A DNA stretch of 64,000 nucleotides, from assembly GCA_002269645.1 (NCBI GenBank), contig NIVC01001523.1:210183-274182 (forward strand), given 5' to 3'. Origin of the DNA: Macrostomum lignano (lineage: Eukaryota). The position numbers and the translations under genes were made by a program. This document shows, piece by piece, positions 24,615 to 37,364 of this stretch (its first letter is position 1; each line of letters begins with the position of its first letter). The notes below the pieces were generated by a model. It was not told where the DNA came from, made no database searches, and saw nothing but the letters and a program-made list of their open reading frames with translations.

Positions 24615-25716
24615 CATTCTGTCTATTGCGTTGGCTATAGATTAGCAATCCATTCTGTTTATCACATTGGCTATAGATTAGCAATCCATTCTATTTATCA
24701 CATTGGCTATAGATCAGCAATCCTTTCTGTTTATCACATTGGCTATAGATTAGCAATCCATTCTATTTAACACATTGGCTATAGATTAGCAATCTATTCT
24801 ATTTAACACATTGGCGATAGATTAGCAATCCATTATGTTTAACACATTGGCTATAGATTAGCAATCTATTCTATTTAACACATTGGCTATAGATTAGCAA
24901 TCCTTTCTATTTATCACATTGGCGATAGATTAGCAATCCATTCTATTTAACACATTGGCTATAGATTAGCAATCTATTCTATTTAACACATTGGCGATAG
25001 ATTAGCAATCCATTATGTTTAACACATTGGCTATAGATTAGCAATCCATTCTGTTTAACACATTGGCGATAGATTAGCAATCCATTCTATTTATCACATT
25101 GGCTATAGATTAGCAATCCATTCTATTCTGTTTATCATCACATTGGCTATAGATTAGCAATCCATTCTATTTATCACATTGGCTATAGATTAGCAATCCA
25201 TTCTGTTTAACACATTGGCGATAGATTAGCAATCCATTCTGTTTATCACATTGGCGATAGATTAGCAATCCTTTCTATTTATCACATTGGCGATAGATTA
25301 GCAATCCATTCTGTTTATCACGTTGGCGATAGATTAGCAATCCATTCTGTTTAACACATTGGCTATAGATTAGCAATCCATTCTATTTATCACATTGGCT
25401 ATAGATTAGCAATCCATTCTGTTTAACACATTGGCGATAGATTAGCAATCCATTCTGTTTATCACATTGGCGATAGATTAGCAATCCTTTCTATTTATCA
25501 CATTGGCGATAGATTAGCAATCCATTCTATTCTGTTTATCATCACATTGGCTATAGATTAGCAATCCATTCTGTTTAACACATTGGCTATAGATTAGCAA
25601 TCTATTCTGTTTAACACATTGGCGATAGATTAGCAATCCATTCTGTTTAACACATTGGCTATAGATTAGCAATCCATTCTGTTTAACACATTGGCTATAG
25701 ATTAGCAATCCATTCT
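24615..25716. repeat. 36-bp minisatellite in Rab8 intron 3
   Basis: cacattggctatagattagcaatccattctgtttaa in tandem, ending about 11 nt before the acceptor. Confidence 0.95.
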
Positions 25717-25727
25717 CCCACCCGCAG

Positions 25728-25946
25728 CTCGCAGCAGAATACCAGCTGCGTTTCCTAGAAACCTCGGCCAAGTCCGGTTCGAACGTGGAGGAGGCGTTCT
25801 TCCTGCTAGCCAAGGGCATCAAAGCCAAACTGGACGGGAAGCGATCAGCGCCAGGCGCGGCCAGTGGCGCCGCCTCGTCAGAGCAGCGCGGCGGCAAGCA
25901 GCGCCAACGAGAGAGCGGCAAGAAGTTTCGGTGCGAAATTTTATAA
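25728..25946 (+). CDS. Rab8: Rab8-family GTPase exon 4 (terminal, CaaX)
   Basis: Acceptor ccgcag|CTC. LAAEYQLRFLETSAKSGSNVEEAFFLLA...FRCEIL stop. The four exons sum to 633 nt (210 aa). AATAAA at 26094. Confidence 0.93.
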   Translation, partial: LAAEYQLRFLETSAKSGSNVEEAFFLLAKGIKAKLDGKRSAPGAASGAASSEQRGGKQRQRESGKKFRCEIL

Positions 25947-26414
25947 ATTTTTGCTTTCTGCCTGTTGCCGTGACAACCGGCTGAAAGCAAATCTAACCAG
26001 TTTTATTATCATATTTGCATTTGTTGCTACGCTGCGTTGCTTAATTATCAATTAATACTTAAGACTGTTTTGAATGGCTCGCTATCTAACCTCAATAAAT
26101 AATATTTTTTCCAAGCTGGTTGAGAAAAAGTTTTTTTACTACTTTATAAAATGATTTCATCATTCGTATTTGGCTACTTCTTGTCAGTAGCGTTTTGTGA
26201 TCAAAGTTTGTTATGTGAATTTTTGATCTTTTATTGATTTCATTTTCGCTGGCTATGAAAGCTTGAGATGATATCTTAGTCGTTTGCGATTTTTATTGTT
26301 GATATATTCGATTATTTTTGTATAGAAAGCTTTTATGCTTCTCAAACTTTACTTGAGGTATTTTGGTCGCTGAAGCACCGCTGTCACCTGCCCACATCCT
26401 CCCTCAGTTACTAA

Positions 26415-26615
26415 GCCAGCCTCCCAGATCCCCACTTGCTGGGCCAGCCTCCCAGATTCTCAGTTGCTGGGCCAGCCTCCCAGATCCTCAGTTGCTGGGC
26501 CAGCCTCCCAGATCCTCACTCGCTGGGCCAGCCTCCCAGATCCTCACTTGCTGGGCCAGCCTCCCAGATCCTCACTTGCTGGGCCAGCCTCCCAGATCCT
26601 CACTTGCTGTGCCAG
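26415..26615. repeat. 28-bp minisatellite (gggccagcctcccagatcctcagttgct)
   Basis: Tandem copies; same family as 63265-64000. Confidence 0.9.
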
Positions 26616-27142
26616 CCTCTAAAAATGTGACCTAGTGTTTCACCCACTTTCGTTATGTTAAGCCGTTTAGCTGAACAGTAATTGAACTCACTAGTGGATT
26701 GAAGTGCTATTGATTATTCTAAACTTCAGCAGTATTTCTGTAGTAAAAAGAATATTTTAACAATAAGTCAACTGCATCTCTTGACGTACATGTACGTCTT
26801 AAGCGTACTACAGATTCAATTTCTGTCGTAATTTATGGTTGCTTTATATTTTTATACAATCATTGTATCTTTGTTAAGATTATAGATCCTTAGTCAATAT
26901 ATTCTCCTATTCGCTAATTATTCTTTATAGGTATTCCAGTTTTATAACAGAGAAATTTATAGAGTGTCGTAATCTGTCGTAATCTAATATTTGTAATCTT
27001 GTCCTTTTTAAATGCAATTAATTAGCCATGTAAATCGGATCATTTATATTTCTAATTTTGTCGAAAAAATTACTGCTTGAAGTTTTTTTGTTGGATATAG
27101 GTTTCTTGTTTAAGTTCAAATGGAGATAGCCATTTAGCGTGA

Positions 27143-28660
27143 GGTCCGATGTACATTCAGGAGAGAGAGACTATAGTGTGTGTGGGATTGGGTCCGATGT
27201 ACATTCAGAATAGAGATACTATAGTGGGTGCGGGATTGGGTCCGATGTACATTCAGGAGAGAGAGACTATAGTGTGTGTGGGATTGGGTCCGATGTACAT
27301 TCAGAATAGAGATACTATAGTGGGTGCGGGATTGGGTCCGATGTGCATTCAGGAGAGAGAGAGACTATAGTGTGTGTGGGATTGGGTCCGATGTACATTC
27401 AGAATAGAGACTATAGTGTGTGTGGGATATGGTCCGATGTACATTCAGAATAGAGACTATAGTGTGTGTGGGATATGGTCCGATGTACATTCAGAATAGA
27501 GACTATAGTGTGTGTGGGATTGGGTCCGATGTACATTCAGAATAGAGACTATAGTGGGTGTGGGATTGAGTCTGATGTACATTCAGGATAGAGACATAGT
27601 GGGTGTGGGATATGGTCCGATGTACATTCAGAATAGAGACTATAGTGGGTGTGGGATATGGTCCGATGTACATTCAGAATAGAGACTATAGTGGGTGTGG
27701 GATTGGGTCCGATGTACATTCAGAATAGAGACTATAGTGGGTGTGGGATTGAGTCTGATGTACATTCAGGATAGAGACATAGTGGGTGTGGGATATGGTC
27801 CGATGTACATTCAGAATAGAGACTATAGTGGGTGTGGGATATGGTCCGATGTACATTCAGAATAGAGACTATAGTGTGTGTGGGATATGGGTCCGATGTA
27901 CATTCAGAATAAAGACTATAGTGGGTGTGGGATATGGGTCCGATGTACATTCAGAATAGAGAGACTATAGTGTGTGGGATTGGGTCCGATGTACATTCAG
28001 AATAAAGACTATAGTGTGTGTGGGATATGGTCCGATGTACATTCAGAATAGAGACTATAGTGGGTGTGGGATATGGTCCGATGTACATTCAGAATAGAGA
28101 CTATAGTGTGTGTGGGATATGGGTCCGATGTACATTCAGAATAGAGACTATAGTGTGTGTGGGATATGGGTCCGATGTACATTCAGAATAGAGACTATAG
28201 TGTGTGTGGGATATGGTCCGATGTACATTCAGAATAGAGACTATAGTGGGTGTGGGATTGAGTCTGATGTACATTCAGGATAGAGACATAGTGGGTGTGG
28301 GATATGGTCCGATGTACATTCAGAATAGAGACTATAGTGGGTGTGGGATATGGTCCGATGTACATTCAGAATAGAGACTATAGTGGGTGTGGGATTGAGT
28401 CTGATGTACATTCAGGATAGAGACATAGTGGGTGTGGGATATGGTCCGATGTACATTCAGAATAGAGACTATAGTGGGTGTGGGATATGGTCCGATGTAC
28501 ATTCAGAATAGAGACTATAGTGGGTGTGGGATTGGGTCCGATGTACATTCAGGAAAGAGATCCTATATTGGGTGTGGGCGTCGGATGTGTCCGATGTACT
28601 CGTACATTCAGGAGGGAGACTATAGTGGATGTGGGATAGGGTCCAATGTACATTCAGAAT
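27143..28660. repeat. 46-bp minisatellite
   Basis: ggtccgatgtacattcagaatagagactatagtgggtgtgggatat in tandem with recurring variants. Confidence 0.95.
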
Positions 28661-29124
28661 ATGCCTGCCATTTGAAACAAAAATCAATAAACAGAGCTCA
28701 ATGTTGGACACTGTTCATAATGCTGCGAACAAAAGCGATCGCATAATGGTTGGGCAAAAAAGGTGCGTAGCACGGTATTTAAAATAAATACAGCATGTAT
28801 ATTTTATTTTTCGCTAGGCTCACAGTTTTATATATAATTGAAAGTGTAAATATGGCATTCAAATTACTTGTGCTAAGAAAAAGGTCGGCAAATGTAGAAC
28901 GCTATAAAATAGTGGTCACAGCAAAAGAGAAAAAAAGTTACTTGGACGTATTGTTTTTTTGTGCAGATAATTTGGTTTACTTTGCTAAGAGGCTTAAGAC
29001 AGTTACTGACTGGACAAAAAAAAGCAAATCACTTTGCACTACATTAAAAATTATAAGTTCACTACACTGCTCCCACTTTCTTTGACGCTTAGACACAAAC
29101 AAATTTGATGCTTAAATCTTAATA

Positions 29125-29415
29125 CGTTTGACGCTTAGACCTTGACACGTCTGACGCTTAGACCTTGACACGTCTGACGCTTAGACCTTGACACGTCTGA
29201 CGCTTAGACCTTGACACGTCTGACGCTTAGACCTTGACACGTCTGACGCTTAGTCTTCACCACATCTAACGCTTAGTCTTCACCACATCTAACGCTTAGC
29301 CTTCACCACATCTAACGCTTAGTCTTCACCACATCTAACGCTTAGTCTTCACCACATCTGACGCTTAGTCTTCACCACATCTGACGCTTAGTCTTCACCA
29401 TATTAGATGATTAGG
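29125..29415. repeat. 23-bp minisatellite with two subtypes
   Basis: gacgcttagaccttgacacgtct followed by aacgcttagtcttcaccacatct. Confidence 0.85.
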
Positions 29416-29690
29416 TCCCAAGCACATCTGACACTCGTACAACAACAAAATTCTGGGATTATAATACAGCACATCAGTAATACTGATCCAAAAAAAGCAA
29501 TGACAAAAATCGCTTCAATGTGCAGCAGGCTTTCTGTGTTCAAAACGCGAGTTAACATCGATCGATGCAGAACGCAAAGTTAATAACATTGTTTTTAAAT
29601 CTGCTGTTTTTAGTCCTGATTTTTTATACTTCTGAAAAAGCTTCACGAATTAATTTATGCTAACAAAAGTATCGTTTCAAAAGCATCTAC

Positions 29691-29958
29691 TTAGTCATCA
29701 GGATCATATTCGTCTTCGTCTTGAAAATCTTCATCTCTTAATGGGATTTCGTCTTCGAATTTTGCTGCTCCTTGAGGTTGCTGTTCTTGTTGCTGTTGTT
29801 GTTGTTCTTGTTGCTGTTGGTGTTGTTGCCAAGTCTGCCTGTGAATTCTAGCATGCCTAGTGATCATGTCTCTCCTGCAGGCCGTATAGGAGCACAGCTG
29901 GCATCTGTACGGCTTTTCTCCAGTATGTGTTCGCAGATGCGTGTTCAGATGATCGGAC
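29691..29958 (-). CDS. klu: klumpfuss-like factor, terminal exon
   Basis: [40 protein letters not shown]. The [10 protein letters not shown] finger is characteristic of Klumpfuss. Followed by a Gln-rich and acidic tail, then TAA. Confidence 0.9.
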
Positions 29959-30041
29959 CTGCGATGTCAAATATTTTTAGCCAGATTTGCTTGAAACACG
30001 TTAGTTAGTTGGCTAGTTAGTTAGTTAGTTAGTTAGCTAGC

Positions 30042-30077
<36 letters not shown>

Positions 30078-31344
30078 CAGTTAGTTAAATCAAAATGCGA
30101 CCGTGCAAAGGAATCGAACCAGAGTACGAAATGCATTAACCGCAGGGCTAATCTGCCCCTTGCCACCTTGAAAAAGTAGTATCAACTGTATTGGTATCGA
30201 ATTTATATAAGCAGTCAATTTTTTGGCAACTACGAGCTAAAACCAACTCAGCAGGCGGAACCATTTGTTAGAAAAACACACAGAAGCTTACCAACTCTGA
30301 CACCGAAATGTCACGCTTACTGACACTGATGCCTCCAACGTGCTAGCTTCTAGCTTAGCGCCGGAGTCTGGGCTCAGACTACTGAATCGTCAGTCAGGAA
30401 AGACAGGGATGGGATGAGCAGAATTCCTTCCCTTGGGGGAGTTAGCAGTCCATAATTCTGGCAGTCGTTCTCTCCTCCCATCAGGTCTCTCTGGGACTGA
30501 CTGGGGCTGCGGCTAAGCCATGAGTGCACTGTATAGGAGGCTCCAAAGCTTTCAAACCCCTAGATTTCCTAGGCTATCAAGCTAAAGCCTGGCGCACAGA
30601 CCTCTGCGAAATTGTCTTTGAGCTGAGACAAAACGGGAACTATAGTAATAAGTGCGCCTCGCGAGTTGGGAAATGGAGAACAGCTCGGAATATCGTCACA
30701 AATGGAAATTCGCGCATAGACAAACAGCTTTTTTTCTAGACATTCAATTTCTATCAGCTTTGTACTTTTATAGTGCACAATTGTCTGCTTGAAAAGTGCA
30801 TTCTATTGAAATGACAAGTCATTGTTCAGGGAAAGGCAAATGCACTTTTGTAACGTCACAAGGCTTGTAAAATCGAATCCCGATCTAAGAATAAATCTAA
30901 CTTTGAATATTTTATGCACACCCCGCTCAAAACCTTTTATTCGGGCGGAAATTAAACATCTAAGCTTAATCCCTCTGTAATCTACCTGATGGATGGATTG
31001 AAAGCTGATTAAATCCGACCGACCCGATTCCTGCTATTCTCCTTGCAAGTCTATTAAAAGCATTCTTTTCAACTTTAAACGTTGTTAGTTAACTTTAAAT
31101 TTAGTATTGCCTCCTCTATTGATGACGATAATTGCAGTTATTATTAATTCGTTCGCGAACTCGTCCATCAGGAAGTGCGTCTATCGATCTATATCTGAAT
31201 TGCGTGTCTGCATCATCTACAAATGGCCAGGGAATTTCTTTGGGTACTCCGTGTTAGGCCTGTAATAGTGCATTAAGCTTAATAAATGCATTGACTTGTA
31301 TCGTGAATACAACCCACATTTTCGAGGGGGGGGGGTTGGGGGTT

Positions 31345-31460
31345 GTTGTGCAGCTCACAGCCAAGAGGGCCAACCCCAAGGCGCGGAGAGTGTACCTGCT
31401 CAACGATTAGAAAGTCAGGGCGGCTGTACCAGCCTGCGTGAGCGGGTGCATGTGCTCTGA
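31345..31460 (+). mobile_element. SINE body fragment in a klu intron
   Basis: ccccaaggcgcggagagtgtacctgctcaacgattagaaagtcagggcggctgtac matches the SINE core. Confidence 0.65.
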
Positions 31461-31481
31461 GTTACTGAATCGATTGCTTAC

Positions 31482-31725
31482 CTTGAAAATGCCTGGTTGC
31501 ACAGAGCGCACTCGTACGGCTTTGTCCCGGTGTGCACCCGCAGGTGCCTGTTGAGCATGTCGGACCTGTTGAAATACCTGGGACACAGGTGACAGGAAAA
31601 CTGTCTGGATTCAGCCTGACTAACGCTGCAGCTGGCGGTTCCGCCACTACTGGTGGTTGATTCTGTCAGCTGTTGAGTTTCCTTTGCCTCCGATGCAGCG
31701 CGCAGAGTTGAAGCCGATTGAGAGG
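31482..31725 (-). CDS. klu: klumpfuss-like factor, C2H2 finger exon
   Basis: Acceptor ttttcag. [40 protein letters not shown]. Donor ag|gtaagc. Confidence 0.9.
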
Positions 31726-32554
31726 CTGAAAAGTGTTTAGCAGAAGAAATTGCTCACTTTGAGCTTGTTCTCTTCACATTTAAAGCTCAATTTAAAGTCT
31801 TGGCAAGAAGTTAGGTCCTTAGCTATAAGCGTAAGCTAATTTAGCCTAAGGATTTGTACCGAAATTTTAGTTGCTCAGCTTTCTGCTTAGTGTACTTTTT
31901 CTAGACCGATTAGTTTAACTCTACCAGCTTTGTTTCCAGCCAGAAGGAGGTCATAATTACAAAGACAATAGCGGTAAAACGGCCTTAAAAATCCAATGAT
32001 AATTATGGATAAGATGACGCGAGATGCTAGTGGAAAGACCTGGCATCAGGTGTTTCCTCAAAGCACCCTTCAACTGTGGATTGAAGATAGACATACAGCG
32101 TAGGCCTGTAGCCTGTAATTGCTATTCCCCCTGTACCTCTCGTCTCAGCTGTCACTCTGCTGTTCTGGAACCCTTTGAGAATTTCCTAGGATCGAGGACG
32201 GGTAGAGTACTTTTATGATACAGGGTCTGCTCCGCTCTTATTGCGCACCGTTCTGCACTCTTCTCTTACAGAAGTGCCTTTTGACCGTTTCCACTTTTTT
32301 GGGCAACTCTATCGGACTCGAGTGATCGATGCTTCCTTGCTTTTCTTCTGCATTGAATCTCCAGGTTAACTATAGGGAAAGTCGGGGTCCGACGCGGTGC
32401 TCTCACTGCTCCACTTTAATTTGTTTAATTGCGCAGGCATGCATTTACCAGATTAAATGTATGCATTATTGTCTTGGATCAAAGTAAGCCTATGACGCAA
32501 ATTTGAGTTTCGAAGCTTATCGACTAATTGTACTTTTATAATCTGAAAGCTTAC

Positions 32555-33134
32555 TTTCTCTGCGACGTCGAATCGGCTGCTCCATAGGTTCTTCCTTAAC
32601 TGTTACAGATTGTGACTTCGTTTCATGCGGATGCGGATGTTGTTGATGCGGATGTTGTTGATGCGGATGTTGTTGATGCGGATGTTGTGAAAGATACTGG
32701 TGTTGTGGAGGATGCGGATGTTGTGAAGGGAGTGGATGTTGTGACAGATGCGGATGTTGTGGAGGATGCTCATGTTGTGGAGGATGCGGATGTTGTGACG
32801 GATGCGGATGTTGTGGAGGATGCGGATGTTGTGGAGGATGTGGATGTTGTGGAGGATGCTCATGTTGTGAAGGATGCGGATGTTGTGACGGATGCGGATG
32901 TTGTGGAGGATGCGGATGTTGTGGAGGATGTGAAAGTTGTGGAGGATGCGGATATTGCGAATGAGGATGCTTTTGTGGGTGTGGATGCTGGGACGAATGT
33001 GGATGCGAACGTGGCGGCGGTGGCGGCGGTGGCGGCATCGGCGGAAACACAAAGTGCGGATTCGGGGCAACTGACGTTCTCGGCTCGCTCAGGCATCGGG
33101 CAGTCCGGCTCCCAGATGAGGATTCCCGCATGGG
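32555..33134 (-). CDS. klu: klumpfuss-like factor, His/Pro/Gln-rich exon
   Basis: Acceptor tttcag|CCC (phase 0), HPHPPQ repeats, donor gaaa|gtaagc (phase 1) matching the next acceptor. Confidence 0.75.
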
Positions 33135-33231
33135 CTGAAACCGATTTATTGAATTTTGCAATCTGCGATTGTCAACTTATGAACTTATTTTGGATTGAAT
33201 AGGACAAATTGTTCAATTGCCCGCAGTTCAC

Positions 33232-34595
33232 CTGACGCATGAGCGTTGCAGACCTTGGCTCACATCTCGAACTAGACGACCTAGAACCTGCTGCAGCGGC
33301 AGCGGTAGCAGCGGCGGCTGCAGCAGCGGCGGCCACCCCGTGCGTAGCGGCTAGCGGGCTGACGGCCGAAAGCCCCAGCAGACGGTGCTGGTGAAAGGCG
33401 GCGGCACTCCACGGACTCTGTGGGCTGAAATAGCCGGACGACTGACTGTAAGGCGTCATCGGCGAGAAAGGCGACGACATCGGATCGCTCTCCATGTCTA
33501 TCGACATCCATCCTGAGCTAGATGAGGCGCTTCCGTGACGCGTAGCCTGTGAGAAGCTGCCTCCCCGACCACCGGCGCATCGGGAGCGGGTGAGCAGCTC
33601 GGCCAGGATGTCCTGCTGATGAGTCATCACTTGCTGCTGTCGAGAAGGCGATGGCGTTGGCAAAGATGTCGCTGGAGCTGACAGCTGATGAAGTTGGGAC
33701 GGCGTCAATTCAGGGACCGTCAGGAAGGCCTGAGACTGCATCACTCTGCTCGAAGCTGCCGCGACAGATCCCCGGCTAGTGGAATCCCACTCGAGGTCGG
33801 AGCTAGTGGACTGCTGCTGCAACTCTGCGCTTCCTCGTGCCACTGTCCGAAGTCTTCTCCACTATCCGAGGGCGACTTATCACGAAATTGTCGAAAACAC
33901 GGCGCAGCAAAGGATGCTCCCGTGCTTGTAGACTGCTGCTGTTGCTGCTGCTTCTGCTGCTCTTGATCCTGCTGCATATAGCGGTCTCGAAGCATCTTTT
34001 TAAAGCCCACGGCGCCACCTGGTGATGGTTCAGCCTCGGCCGGAGCTGCCGCTGCCCCGGCCGGCACAACGCTGGCTGCAGAGTTTGACGACGAAGACCC
34101 CGACCCCGACGAGTTAGATGTCGGCGGGGTGCTCCTGCCGCTCTCCTTCGAGTCTCGACTTGCCGTGTTCCGGCGCATCCGCTTTCGATAGATCTCCGCC
34201 TTGGAGATGTTCTGCAGGATCCGGTTCAGCCGGCTGTGGTCGCCTTGGTCCTCCTCGGCTGAGGCGGGCAGCCGCGGCGCTTGCTGCTGCCCGGCGGACT
34301 CCGATACGACGCGCTGCCAGATGTTCGAGTCACTGCTGGGCAGGCCGCCTCCATCGCCACTGCCGACGCTGACGCCGCCACAAGCTGCGAGCGGTGACAC
34401 TGGCATGGACTTGCTGCTGGCTACGTCGTGAGCTATCCGAGTCGCTACCGCCAGCGCTGAAGGTGCCGGTCGCAGTTGCGGCTCGTTCGATTCGCACGGC
34501 CGCTTTTGACCGGCTCTGGGAAACGCCTCAGACAGTTCTGGCAGCTCTGCCGCCTCGTCTGGCTTGTGCCTGGCCTGGCTGGGGCCTGGCTCCAT
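33232..34595 (-). CDS. klu: klumpfuss-like zinc-finger factor, large 5' exon (contains a frame break near 33744-33883)
   Basis: tttcag|ATG at 34595. Two overlapping Ser/Ala/Gln-rich ORFs (34595-33741 and 33843-33172). Donor cag|gtgaac at 33231 is in phase with the next exon. Confidence 0.65.
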
Positions 34596-35582
34596 CTGAA
34601 ACGCACAGGCAGTCAGTTTTTCAGGGGATTACATGTAGCGGATGTCCCAGAAAAAGGATAAATTTTTAGCGCCAATTTTTAGAGCAGTTTAGCACGTGAC
34701 CCTGCAGTTCTACAGTAAACATCCGCGTCAACCATTGAAGAAGGGACTTAGAGAAGGAACAGGCCTAATGCTGTCAACTGTTTGCGAGTTTTTCTTTGTT
34801 ACAAACTATACGACCGTATTTGCTAGTAAAGTCTATAAATCTTACCGATTTTACCGAGATTTTACCGAGTTTTGGCCAGATAGAATAGAATTGCTACAAT
34901 GATCCACTTGGCTCGAATGCTAAAATCACATTTAGGTTATTTTTGGAACAGATCTCTTAGCCGTCTTTAAAAAAACAAATTGTTTTGACACTCCCGTCCA
35001 TCCCGTTCCAACCAACGATTCATCATTAGGTGGTTCCTGTTTTCTTTTCTTGGCTTCTGACAAGCACTGCTGCTGAGTGTTCTCACGCACTGCCAGGCTA
35101 CCTGGCAAACAGGGTTGAGGCTAAAGACAAATGGAAAGATTGGCAAGACAACCAAACACTTTCTTTGAGCCATCCAGAATTGGGGAGGGACGGGCTGGGA
35201 TGAAAGCAAATGGCGAGATAGAGATGGGGCGAGTGCATCTGTTGGGAGCAGAGATGCCTGCGTAGTGAAATTGATTTCAATAGTTACTCTTCACCCCTGC
35301 CGCTGGGAATGCGACACAAAGAGCTCTCGCTCCAGCCTGCACGACTCCGCCTTGTCGACCTTGCGGTTTTGAGGGCAAGTCTATCTGCTCCTGAGCTGCG
35401 GGAAGCGAGGAAATTCAAGCAGACTCAAGGGACCTCCTCTTAGCCCCCGATTCTCGCGACCCCCCCCCCCCAGAGCCTGTCTTTATCTGCATTCCATCTG
35501 TTCCATTCAGCGTTGAAAGCTCGTAAGTGCTTCGTGCACTTATTTATTATTAAGGCCTTGCATTTCCAAGCCAGCTACGAAC

Positions 35583-35838
<256 letters not shown>

Positions 35839-36244
35839 CACTTTAATTTCAAAGTCCATCTTTTTCATTAACTTCAAGAATTGCTAGAAAATCGTTTAGA
35901 ATCTCTTTAATTGGTTTTCCGTGTCCCAAATGATTGGAACTGCAGGCACTGTTAAGCCTAAAGAAGCGTGGGAAACTAAGTTGACTGAATACTAAAAACG
36001 TGACATTGACAATTTAAGCATTTTCGCTGACTGATGGAAATGTTTTTAGCAATCTGCACGATCGCTACACTTAGACAGAGTTCGTGCTCGGAATTGATGG
36101 ACTATGCAGGAAAGCGAATCTCTGAGTCCATAATAGCACAAGTGCAGGCTGTACTTCTATTTGATGACTGCTCAGCATTTAGCCCCGACTCATACTGTCG
36201 AGTGAGGTGAGGCGAGTGATAGAATAGTGAGAGCGAAGGAAAAA

Positions 36245-36905
36245 GAGGAGAGGGAGAAGGTTGGGGAGAAGGGAGGGAAAGAGAGGGAGAAGGGAGGGTG
36301 AAAGGAGAGTGAAGGGAGGGGAGAAGGGAGGGAGAAGGGACGGGAGAAGGGAAGGAGAAGGGACGGGAGAAGGGAGGGAGAAGGGACGGGAGAAGGGAGG
36401 GAGAAGGGAGAGAGAAGGGAGAGAGAATGGAGAAAGAAGGGAATGAAAAGGGAGGGAGAAGGGAGGGAGAAGGGAGGGAGAAGGGAAAGAGAAGGGAGAG
36501 AGAAGGGAAAGAGAAGGGAGAGAGAAGGGAAAGAGAAGGGAGAGAGAAGGGAGTTAGAAGGGAGGGAAAAGGGAGGAAAAGGGAGGGAGAAAGGAGGAAG
36601 AAGGGAGGGGAGAAGGGAGGGAGAAGGGAGGGGAGAAGGGAGGGAGAAGGGACGGGAGATAGGACGGGAGAAGGGAGGGAGAAGGGAGGGAGAAGGGAGG
36701 GAAAAGGGACGGAGAAGGGAGGGGAGAAGGGAAGGAGAAGGGACGGGAGAAGGGAGGGAGAAGGGACGGGAGATGGGACGGGAGAAGGGAGGGAGAAGGG
36801 AGGGAGAAGGGAGGGAAAAGGGACGGAGAAGGGAGGGAGAAGGGAGGGAGAAGGGAGGGAGAAGGGACGGAGAAGGGAGGGAGAAAGGAGGGAGAAGGGA
36901 GACGG
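36245..36905. repeat. G/A-only low-complexity array
   Basis: gagaagggaggg-type units in a nearly pure purine tract. Confidence 0.9.
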
Positions 36906-37364
36906 CAGGAAGCTTCCGTGCCAGAGGTATGCCTTGGTCTTATATCAGCAGATCAAGCTAAAGCAAAAAGCAAAAGAGAGCTGCCGCAGAATAGATATGA
37001 CAAATTATAATAATCTAAAACAAGACGTGCAGTCAGTGTGGTCGCACCCGAGCAGGACTGCAGTCACCAATCGGGGTCAGAATTTCACGACTTTGGCGAA
37101 CTATTATTAGTGGTACAATCATGAGCACACAGAGCTGTGTAATTCTGCAACAGGGCAACCGGTTCAACAACGGCTCTTAAAATAGGAATTCACTGACTGC
37201 ACTCTCCCCCGTTCTCTTCAGCATTTTTCATTGAATATGCTCTAAAAATTTTCGTTCCTTTAACGGCGTTCTTTACTGAAGGCAAAAATTGCAAATGCAT
37301 GGCCGAGATAGAGGTAGAGGATTTACAATTGTGCAGTGAACTCGTCACGTGCCTAAAGACTGGT

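Noticed and set aside
31566-31580. Apparent splice acceptor (caacag) inside the klu finger exon
   Set aside because: The frame is continuous through [14 protein letters not shown], so this is coding sequence.
32612-33202. Plus-strand acidic VVEDAD ORF
   Set aside because: Antisense shadow of the klu His/Pro/Gln coding repeat; the splice phases support the minus strand.
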